Shown: positions 1 through 9,307 of the stretch, in pieces
Position numbering within the stretch: the first letter of the stretch is position 1
Layout of the letters: every line of letters begins with the position of its first letter
Assembly (NCBI RefSeq): GCF_006345805.1
Contig: NW_021836813.1
Location: 1-41,047, forward strand
Length of the DNA: 41,047 nt
Origin: Octopus sinensis
Lineage: Eukaryota
Direction of reading: 5' to 3'
Translations under genes and position numbers: made by a program
Notes under the pieces: model-generated
Seen by the model: only the letters and a program-made list of their open reading frames with translations
What the model was told of the DNA's origin: nothing
Database searches by the model: none

Positions 1-499
1 TATTTTTCTCTGCAATGTATTGAGGACTTTATTTTCGGCAATTAACACTGAACATCTTACATATTTAGGTGCAGACCTCATTTTCGCATAATTAGCAACA
101 TTTGTTGCTTTCGGAACGGAATTATATCGCATATGGCATCTTATCGGAATTTTCCGTCTAATCTCGAAATGGGACGAGGTGTATTTGATGATTTGATTAA
201 TAAACTTTATTGATCAATTATCGACTCATTTGTATTTTCTACACTAGCCTTGTTTATACAAGGGACTAACCAACTGCGTTTCGAGGTGTAGGAAGAAGGT
301 TAGCTTCAAGCAATCCGTTGTAAATATAAAAAGCAACTTTCAGGGACGATAGTGATTTATTAAGACGGAAAGTTGTGGATCTTTTCGTATCGAAGTACGA
401 TAAACTGAAAAAAGTTCTTTTTATATTTCACTGTAGGCGACCAGGGTTGCCGAGTATGCGAATAAGAATACAACAGTTAAAGAAGGAAGTAGATAAAAT

Positions 500-590
500 C
501 TGGGCTACTAATGTTTCATAGCGAGCGGAACCTCGGAAGTGCTAAATATCCAAGCGAGGTGTATACCGCGGGCTATTTGTCAGGCCAAGG
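500..590 (-). ncRNA. Hammerhead-ribozyme-like motif (type I, extended stem II), degenerate copy A
   Basis: Minus strand reads ccttggc-CTGACAA-atagc-[49 nt]-gctat-GAAAC-attagta-gcccag. Stem II closes perfectly (atagc/gctat). The core differs from CUGANGA at one position. Confidence 0.6.
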
Positions 591-623
591 ATATCTTGAT
601 TAAGAAAAAAAGGGATCATGACA

Positions 624-706
624 CCCTTGGCTCTGAAGAGTATCCTGCGGTATACACTTCGCTTCGATATAATTACTACTTCCGAGTTTCCGCGCGCTAT
701 GAATAC
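624..706 (+). ncRNA. Hammerhead-like motif, truncated copy B (inverted relative to copy A)
   Basis: cccttggct-CTGAAGA(633-639)-gtatc-...-gctat-GAATAC, then runs into (TA)n. Stem III and the 3' strand of stem I are missing. Confidence 0.5.
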
Positions 707-719
707 ACATATATATATA

Positions 720-1160
720 TATGGGAGAGGCTAAAGGGACTGAAGCATTACTCGCTAGAGAGAAGGCATGAGAGATATGCAGGCATATACATATGAAAGA
801 TTCTTGAAGGGCAGGTTCCCAACTTTGAAATTGAGAGTTATACCAACCACCGAACTGTACGGCACTGCATAATACCAAAAATCTCGTCCACGCCATACGA
901 ATAAGGACCCAGTACTGTAAAAGCTTCGGTTTTAGGGGTCCACAGCTATTCAAAATTCTGCCAAACATGCTCGGCTGTTTGCGAGCGTCAGGATCATTCT
1001 TTCACTGAAATACCAAATGAACCCACATTTGCGGCAGAAGGCTGAAAGAAAAGAGGCTCTGCCCAACTTGTTATTTCATCAAAAACAGTGCAGAAGGGAA
1101 ACCCAAGTGCACTTAAAGATGGTGCTCCAGTATAATCCCAGCCTTTGGTTGAAAGCAGTA
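720..1160 (+). mobile_element. CR1/L2-group LINE, 3' end of ORF2 (decayed)
   Basis: Translates to WERLKGLKHYSLERRHERYAGIYI*KILEGQVPNFEIESYTNHRTVRHCIIPKI and, after a frameshift, RTQYCKSFGFRGPQLFKILPNML. This matches the typical LINE ORF2 C-terminus YWERLxxLxLYSLERRRERY. Homologous to 2391-2567 and 39700-40580. Confidence 0.75.
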
Positions 1161-1169
1161 AAAGATGTA

Positions 1170-1172
<3 letters not shown>

Positions 1173-1225
<53 letters not shown>

Positions 1226-1237
1226 CACAAACACACA
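1173..1237. repeat. (CA)n microsatellite
   Basis: Directly visible. Confidence 0.95.
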
Positions 1238-1365
1238 CAGAGTGCGTCGACGTATGTGTATAGGTATTGATATGTTGATGTATACTAAGAGTCGTAACAG
1301 TTAGTGTTTAACATCAGGCAGTAAAAATACTGCTCTTGGGTATATTTAGGACTCTCAATCTGTGA

Positions 1366-1583
1366 ATGTGTATGTATGTATGTATGTATGTATGTATGTA
1401 TGTATGTATGTATGTATGTATGTATGTATGTATGTTTATGTTTATATGTATGTCATTATTCAGTTTATTTCAAGATTTCTTGCCAATAGAGAAAGAATCG
1501 GTTTCTAACCTAGATCCAAGGTTCCTTCATTGGAATATCAACATCAGCAACATGGTATTTTTGTATGTATGTATATGTATGCG

Positions 1584-1615
<32 letters not shown>

Positions 1616-1925
1616 TGTATGTATGTATGTATGTATGTATGTATGTATGTATTCTCATGCATATAGTTGCATATCTAGGCATGCTCATATATATTTTAAT
1701 GATAAACTGGAAAGTTTTATAGATTTTTACAGTTCCAGTGATGGATTGTATCGGTAGTCTTCGAGTTAGCTTTCTTCTTTCTGGTGTTGAGAAGCCTAAT
1801 TTCTCAAGATTGGTATCTAGGCAGTGTGTTACACATCCCAGGGCCACAATAATTACAGGTATGTATGTATGTATGTATGTATGTATGTATGTATGTATGT
1901 ATGTATGTATGTATGTATGTATGTA
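1366..1925. repeat. Three (TATG)n arrays (about 1366-1435, 1560-1651, 1860-1925) with complex spacers; probably a microsatellite-bearing dispersed repeat
   Basis: The arrays are directly visible. That the spacers are dispersed repeats is an inference. Confidence 0.7.
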
Positions 1926-2390
1926 TCTGTTTGTCTGTCTCTCTATATGCTTGTGTGTTTTGTATATTTTTATTAATCTATTTTATTTACGTGTCTCTCT
2001 CGATATATATGTGTGTACATGTATGCGTGGTTGTATGTGTATATGTGTATATCAGTCTTTGTATCTAACTATATATATATATATATATATATACATATAT
2101 ATAAAGGCAAAAGTTTAGATTCAGATCGTAATGCAGTACGATCGTTTCAAGCGACTCCATTTGATTGAACAACGCAATCATTACGTAAATTTAAATGCAG
2201 AGTAATCCTCAGATGCATAAATACAGAGAATTAAATTAAATTAAAACAGATGGACACATTAGTATAGTTTTACCTAAAACCTCCAAGAAGGTAAGGATAT
2301 AGACAAAGAACATGGTGTCTCCACTTCAGCTTAGAAGCTACGCTTCTATATCTATATATATATATGTGTGCGTGTGTGTGTGTGTGTATA

Positions 2391-2567
2391 CATGGGAGAG
2401 GCTAAAGGAACTGAAGCTGTACTCCTTAGGGAGGAGGTGTGAGAGATATGCAGTTATATACATGTGGAAGATCCTGGAATGATTAGCCCTCATCTTTAGA
2501 ATTGAAGGCTATACCAACCACCGAACTGGACAACATTGTATAATACCAAAGATTCCATCCTCGCCAT
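2391..2567 (+). mobile_element. CR1/L2-group LINE 3' fragment, second copy
   Basis: WERLKELKLYSLGRRCERYAVIYMWKILE*LALIFRIEGYTNHRTGQHCIIPKIPSSP; aligns with 720-900. Confidence 0.75.
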
Positions 2568-2573
2568 ATCTAC

Positions 2574-2629
<56 letters not shown>

Positions 2630-2642
2630 ATCTATCTATCTA

Positions 2643-2683
<41 letters not shown>

Positions 2684-2703
2684 CTATATATATATATATA
2701 TAT

Positions 2704-2737
<34 letters not shown>

Positions 2738-2760
2738 ATATATGTATATGTATATATGTA
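2566..2760. repeat. Compound microsatellite (TATC)n-(TC)n-(TA)n
   Basis: Directly visible. Confidence 0.95.
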
Positions 2761-2767
2761 GATATAT

Positions 2768-2821
2768 TCTTTTATTCTTTTACTTATTTCAGTCATGTGA
2801 CTGCAGCCATGCTGGAGCACC
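2768..2821 (-). mobile_element. 3' terminal fragment of SINE family S2
   Basis: Reverse complement ggtgctccagcatggctgcagtcacatgactgaaataagtaaaag matches the 3' ends of the copies at 14139-14535 and 25838-26000. Confidence 0.75.
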
Positions 2822-3789
2822 ATATATATATATATATATATAAGGGTATCTGAGAGACACCACCATGCCGAAATAGCAGTCAAAACCCTGACTCTAAAAA
2901 CCACCTTAAATGTTCATATCGCATCATGAGATAAGACAGAGAGACAAAATAAACTAACAAAAAGCTATTACTGGATAATTCAAGATCCTGGATTTCTAGC
3001 TTTGCTTCAAATAAGCTCTGCCTTCATCAGTTGAATATACCAGATGGGCACATAAATACAAATATATATATACAGAACACACGTTATACTTACATATACG
3101 AACGTCCATACATACATATATATGCATGTATGTACAAGGCCAGTTCAAATTGCCCGCCAATCACCTCATAAGCGCGATATGGTCAAAATAAACACAGCAG
3201 TGAATATATGTATGTATGTATATAAAGAAAAGAATCTGAAAATGCAGGTGTCTTTTAAATGTATTTATTAACTTAACTAGTTTCACTATTTAAAAAAGAT
3301 TTTCAAAAGTAGTGTGAGGCTTTGTGTATTCTCTGTGATGAGTCAAAAAATAATTTACATAAAATCATTCAGATCAGGTAATAAAATTCTTTTCAGTGAT
3401 AAGAAGATAAAAATTAGTTTACATAAATATATTCAAATCAAGTTATAGACTTTTTGACAAGAAGATAAAACGTGTCTGGTAGAGCAATTTTAGTTCCACT
3501 GTGATCAGAAACCATAATATAATTGTTGCCAGCATCTTAAATTGAAAAAAAGGTGAGTAGAGAAATGACAGTATTTGCTTTTTAGCAGTTGAAATATGTG
3601 ACAAACATATTTAAATTCGCTTAAATTCTGCTCATATAAATTATAAATTATAAATTAGGGTATCTACGAGATACACTAATTTATAATTTTAATAATTATT
3701 ACCTTTGAAGGTTGTTTTTTCTATGCTGACCACTTGATAAAATCGCTATTTTATTTTGAATTAAAGATCTTGTCCTTATTTATAAAAAT

Positions 3790-3965
<176 letters not shown>

Positions 3966-4149
3966 TACGTTAGTAGGAAAACAGCAGGCACGTTCAATTA
4001 TTGAACGTAGGAAGTACAGAACTAGAAGTGAAAGCTTAAATATATCGCAGTTAAATTTGGAATTCAAATTAAATAATATACCTTTCGTGTGGGTTTTGAA
4101 TGAAGAAAAGTAGGGAAAAGATGAAAGAGAAAACCAGCATGCAGTCATG

Positions 4150-4830
4150 CAGATTTTCGGTCTTTTGGTTAAATTTGAATGACCAGTTTCCTTACTCCAC
4201 TATCCCCTGTCGTGTATTGTCTATCCTATGTTTAGGAATCAAAGCCAAGTCATTGGCTTAACGGAGAATCTTGCCTCTCACAATATAGAAATGTATCTCA
4301 CGACATCGGTTGACAAAATGGAAAAGGCTTTGCTCCGGAGGACAGAGAGGAGGATACACTGTACCGATGGTTTATGTTAAATCTGATGGAGATAAATGAA
4401 ATAAAGTGTTCTTGGGAGAGGGGAAGTTTGTTGATTAAGCCTTATAGAAGTCCTGAGTGTTGGTGGTCATCAAAGAGTCCAAGAGTATTGATTTGTTGAA
4501 TTTCATGGACAGAGATTTCAAATCATTTTTTCTCTAGTGGGAATGAATTTTCATTTTCCATTGGGATAATATAGACCTCACTAAAACCACTATACCATTT
4601 GTTTCTAATTATTTCTCAGTTGACAGTATACTAATGCCTATTGGACTGTTGCTAGGTCAATAAAAATTTCTAGTTATTCTCACTTCCACACTTCTGTTGA
4701 GTTCTTATTTCTGTTATGCCTTAATGAAAAAATGCCAGCTTAATTAAAGTTGAGAAAACATGAGAGGAAGGTGGGAAACATGAAAGACAGGCTACATCTC
4801 CATCGTAAATGAGTGCATCAACCCCCGCTT
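4150..4830 (-). mobile_element. Possible very old LINE RT remnant
   Basis: The minus strand has faint resemblance to RT motifs (AFD...HxGLLxKL spacing) with many stops and frameshifts. Weak. Confidence 0.25.
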
Positions 4831-6157
4831 TCATCATTTACTATGTTTTATTTTATAGAGTGTAAATATAGGACGTTCCGAGTAGAATTTTCTTTATAGA
4901 GGAATTAGAAGCCAGAGAGAGGGGTTTTACTTTTCGAATTGAATGTAACTAAAAAGAACATTTTTTTATTTATTTCAATTCCAAGTTTCAGTTCCAAGTT
5001 TAGTAATAACATTTTAAAGCTTCAACTTCTTCCTGTCTTGATTTTTCCAGTTTCCATTACTTCGGAATAGTATCAGTTTTCACTCGCACCTTTCCTGCTG
5101 GTTCACTCTTTTTACAGCCAGGAACAACTGTTACTGAGACAAATCTTAAAAAGTATAAAAAATGAAACAAAAAACCTTTTTTTCTTTCAAAATATTTAAA
5201 CTATTTTAAAAAGATTTTGTAAATTAACGAACAATGTCAATTATATAAAACTGCCAATGATGAGTTCGAAGCAAAGGAGAAGAAATTCTATTGAAGCAGC
5301 AGTAGATAAATTAAATAACAATAGTCAGAAAACTATACATTTGATATGAGTCGACTAGTTTTGAGGCAAAAGGTATCTGATCATGTTCACATTCTTGAGA
5401 TACAAATCCTCACAACTCTCCGCGGTCGGCTTTCCACTCTTAGAAAAAAATACCCAAAGCGATGCTATCGTATATCCTGGATGAGAATGGAATTATAATT
5501 GATGACTTAGAAAATGATCCAAACGGGAGAAAAAATTTTTAATATGGAGCAGAAATCAATGACAAGTCTATAAAAAATCTCTGAATACATCTATTGGGAA
5601 AAATGAAGATTCTTTAATTTTACAAATTCGCACCGAATTGTCGATTTGGTTGAAGTCTTAACATAAAGGATGTGTTAGTGCTGGTGAAGAAATTGGGATT
5701 ATGTTTCGTCTTCTCGTTGAAGAGGGGTGGGGAATTTTACTTAAGATTTGGGTATAAATTAGTTATGGAATGGTGGTGGAAAATTGTGCTGATGCGTTCC
5801 TTATTTCTGTAGGGTGAGGCAGGTGTCAGTATTTCGGAAGCTAATTTGGTGGTGGCGAGGAGGGGGTCTAAAAATGAAATTTTTAGAAAAGCTGTTTTCA
5901 GAGCTTTGGCTGTTATTTCTAGAATGTTGAGCGACCACATTGAGGCCTCACTGATTTTGTCTGCTGGTTTACGCATGCACCTATGCATGCTTAAATAACG
6001 GTTGATTTAAAAAACATCGGGAATTTAGGTATGAATAGGCGGTGTATATTCCGAAAGCGAGAAAGTGGAGAATTTTTTTTAAAGTTGTGAGAAATCGTAA
6101 TCTCTGTATTTTTCCATGAGGAATTCGCAAAAGAGAGAAGAATTGAAAAACAAATAC

Positions 6158-6158
6158 A

Positions 6159-6204
<46 letters not shown>

Positions 6205-6224
6205 CGAAAGAGCGAGAGAGAGAG

Positions 6225-6269
<45 letters not shown>

Positions 6270-6326
6270 GTGTGTGCGTGCGTGTGTGTGTGTGTGTGCG
6301 CGCGCGCGCGTGTGTGTGTGTGTGTA
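6158..6326. repeat. Compound (TG)n-(AG)n-(TG)n-(CG)n-(TG)n microsatellite
   Basis: Directly visible. Confidence 0.95.
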
Positions 6327-6416
6327 GGTATTTGATATTTTGAAAAAAAAAGTTGTTTTTTTTTTTGCGCAGACGTAAGGTCCGTCGTTGAACACCTTGA
6401 ATTCTGAGAAAATTAG

Positions 6417-6498
6417 CACACACACACCACACACTCACTCACACACACTCACTCACACACACACACACACGTGCACGCTCGCAGGCAGGCACGCACAC

Positions 6499-6543
<45 letters not shown>
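6417..6543. repeat. (CA)n-rich microsatellite
   Basis: Directly visible. Confidence 0.95.
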
Positions 6544-6545
<2 letters not shown>

Positions 6546-6829
6546 AATAATGAGATTTATATAGCCTCTAGCCTGTCCTGATTTTATATCCAACTTAGCA
6601 GCACCATTTAGTGTAGCCATAAAAGAGCCATATTATGCTAAACAAGCCCACTGAGAATGGCAATGCCGTTGTCTGCAGTTTAACTGAGCATCAGTAGTTC
6701 TTCTAGTAGAGAAGAATTAATCTTTGTACCGCTTGAAGTTTTGGGGTTTTTATATTTTTTAATTAATTCCAGGATACGGTTGTATTGAGAATGACTTGCT
6801 GAGGTGAAAAATTAGCTGACACAATAATA

Positions 6830-7685
6830 CTTATTTCTTTACTGCCCACAAGAGGCTACACACAGAGGGGACAAACAAGGACAGACAAACGGATTAAGTC
6901 GATTACATCGACCCCAGTGCGTAATTGGTACTTAATTTATCGACCACGAAAGGATGAAAGGCAAAGTCGACCTCGGCGGAATTTGAACTCAGAACGTAAC
7001 GGCAGACGAAATACGGCTACGCATTTCGCTGACACAATAATAATGTTATTTGAGTTAGTTTCGATGGATCTTTGTAGCGAGGCGAATTATATACACTGTT
7101 ACAACTATTAATTCAAACATTGAAATATATGTTTATTTCAACTTGACTTTAAAGAATTGAAATCACATAAAAATAGTCTTTAACTAATTTTCAGAATTCC
7201 TATATGAGCAGTTATTTCAACCAATGGGAAAACAACAATCATATTTCTTCGGCAATGCGATATTACGTCATATTGCCAGCTACCACAAATTGGCGGTACT
7301 ATTTGAAAATGTCTACACGCTACAACAGAGTAATTTATCAACTATGATAATAATTAGCAATTCTTTCTACTATGGGCCCCAAGCACTAAATTTTGGGGGC
7401 TGGGTGTAAGTTGATTAGATCAGCCCCAGTACGCAACTGGTATTTATTTCATCAAGCTTGAAGGGATTAAGGCAAAATTGACCTAGGCAGAATTTGAACT
7501 CAGAGCTTAAAGACAGTGTAAGCTGTCGACCACAGTGAGCAACTGGTATTCATTTAATCGATCTCGATAGGATGAAAGGCAAAGTCGACCTCGGCGGAAT
7601 TTGAACTCAGAACATGAAGACGGACAAAATGCCGGTAAGTATTTCGTCCAGCGTGCTAATGACTCTGACAGCTCGCCGCCTTATA

Positions 7686-7716
<31 letters not shown>

Positions 7717-8168
7717 GCAACAACAACAACAATAATCCTTTCTACCAAAGGCACAAGGTTTGAAATTTGGGGGAGGGGGATAAACGATTACATCGACCCC
7801 AGTATTTTATTGGTACTTAATTTATCAATCCCAAAAGGATGAAAGGCAAAGTTGACTTCGGCGGAATTTGAACTCAGAACGTAGCGGCAGACGCAATACG
7901 GTTAGCGCGCCGTGCTAATGATTCTGCCAGCTCGCCGCCTTAATGATAATAATAACAATCCTTTCTACTATAAGCACAAAGCCTGAAATTTGTTTTTTAG
8001 TGGAGGGAGGGACCCAGTCAATTGCGACCCCAGTACGTAACTTTCTACTAAAGGCAAAAGGCCTGAAATTTGTGGGTGGGGGCAGTAGTAGATTACATCG
8101 AACCCAGTGTTTCACTGGTACTTAATTTATCGACCTCGAAAAGTTGAAAGGCAAAGTCGACTTCGGCG
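6830..8168 (-). mobile_element. Tandem cluster of about 6 full or partial copies of tRNA-derived SINE family S1
   Basis: Recurring core gatgaaaggcaaagtcgacctcggcggaatttgaactcagaac (minus strand gttctgagttcaaattcc is a B box). Copies at about 6830-7029, 7363-7510, 7530-7682, 7733-7941, 7957-8037 and 8041-8168, separated by (TAA)n/(CAA)n tails. Confidence 0.85.
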
Positions 8169-8769
8169 CCCGTGCATGCATACCGTAATACACACAGACA
8201 CACACACACACACATTTGTATAAAAAAAGTTCAATCGCTTGGTTTTACAAACGAAAGTGAATCTCAGTATATTCTAATGTTGTGTTCTGTTTAATCCGGC
8301 AAACGCCGGAAATTAAAAATTTAACAACGTAGTGTTAGATGTCAATGAACTTACCAATTGTCTGATGAATCAACAAACCCCATAATTTAAGTCCTTAGGT
8401 CACGATAGCAACTCAGCTGAGGAAAAAAAATCCAACAAAAAAAAAACACAGAGGTCACAAAAACACACAAACATACAAACGCACATGCGAGCAGTCACGC
8501 GGGTATATAGACTCAATCACACACGACCACTTGCCCGCACTCATGCACACACAGACCCTTCGTTTATTCTCACCCTTATCTTCCCTTGATATCAAACACA
8601 CATCTACATACACACATACAACCATACATGTACAAAAACATAAGACTAATTCTCGGACAGACGCGGAACAGAGAGAGAGAAAGAGAGAAAGAGCATGTCA
8701 TTGAAGAAGTCGTGTAAGGACTTCGACTAATAAACAACCGATTGAATGTTTAACCATCTCATTAAACAA

Positions 8770-8885
8770 ACAATTGATTAGTTAGTTGGTTAGATATTTA
8801 ACCAATTGACCAACAATAAAGAAGAGATATTGAACCAGAGCGTGTGTTTGTTATCATTGGTGTAATGACCCTCCCAAAGCACAAC
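8770..8885 (+). repeat. Unclassified dispersed repeat, inverted copy at 38858-38975
   Basis: Shared gattagNtagttggttagatatttaaNcaattga...gatattgaacca...ttggNgtaaNgaccctcccaa. Confidence 0.75.
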
Positions 8886-9067
8886 AAAATATATGTCTGT
8901 GTGTGTGTGTGTGTGTTATATGACTTTGCAATATCTGTGTGTGTGCGTATGTGTGTATGTGCGTATGTGTGTATGTGCGTATGTGTGTATGTGTGTGCGC
9001 GCGCGCAAGTGTATTATATACATAATATAATATATAATATAGATATAATATATATATATATATATAG

Positions 9068-9276
9068 AAATGTGACCGCGTGTGTACCGCTGGCGATTTT
9101 TTTCCTCCGTCTTCCCTTTCTTGGATCTCCTTTTCCTATGTTTCTGACGAAGAGCTCTGCTCGAAACGTTAAATCTTCTTTCTTTCTTTTCTTTCCTGAG
9201 CGTCCAATAACGCTATACTTGTTCCACGTCCTCCGTTGTTGTGCTCTCTTTGTGTTTTCATGTTTGGTTTTTTAAC

Positions 9277-9278
<2 letters not shown>
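9068..9278 (+). mobile_element. PLE pseudo-LTR-type fragment carrying a minimal hammerhead
   Basis: Bounded by (TA)n on both sides, contains the HHR core at 9141-9173, and abuts the PLE at 9305-13555 in opposite orientation. Confidence 0.6.
9141..9173 (+). ncRNA. Minimal type I hammerhead ribozyme
   Basis: ttt-CTGACGA-a-GAGC-tct-GCTC-GAAAC-GTT-aaa: intact CUGANGA and GAAA cores, 4-bp stem II, palindromic AACGTT stem III, short ttt/aaa stem I. This is the architecture described for PLE minimal hammerheads. Confidence 0.8.

Positions 9279-9304
<26 letters not shown>

Positions 9305-9307
<3 letters not shown>

Larger units (their letters stand above)
1..706 (-). mobile_element. Probable 5' end (pseudo-LTR plus start of ORF) of a Penelope-like element, with an inverted pLTR fragment at 616-706
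   Basis: 282-600 is homologous to 27082-27400. It contains a hammerhead-like motif on the minus strand (500-590). 616-700 is an inverted copy of 519-600. A stop-free minus-strand frame runs from 213 off the window edge. No RT motif lies in this part, so the PLE call is inferred from architecture. Confidence 0.55.

Noticed and set aside
1366-1925. CRISPR-like repeat-spacer appearance
   Set aside because: The repeats are variable-length tetranucleotide microsatellites, the spacers are far too long, the context is eukaryotic and no cas genes are present.
2250-2296. Possible exon ending at AAG|GTAAGG
   Set aside because: The donor is good, but the upstream AG has no pyrimidine tract and the peptide has no recognisable homology.
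3351-3470. Degenerate about 60-bp tandem duplication ending aagaagataaaa
   Set aside because: Only two weakly similar AT-rich units with no further structure.
8362-8368. CTGATGA motif
   Set aside because: No stem II and GAAA follow it; expected by chance.
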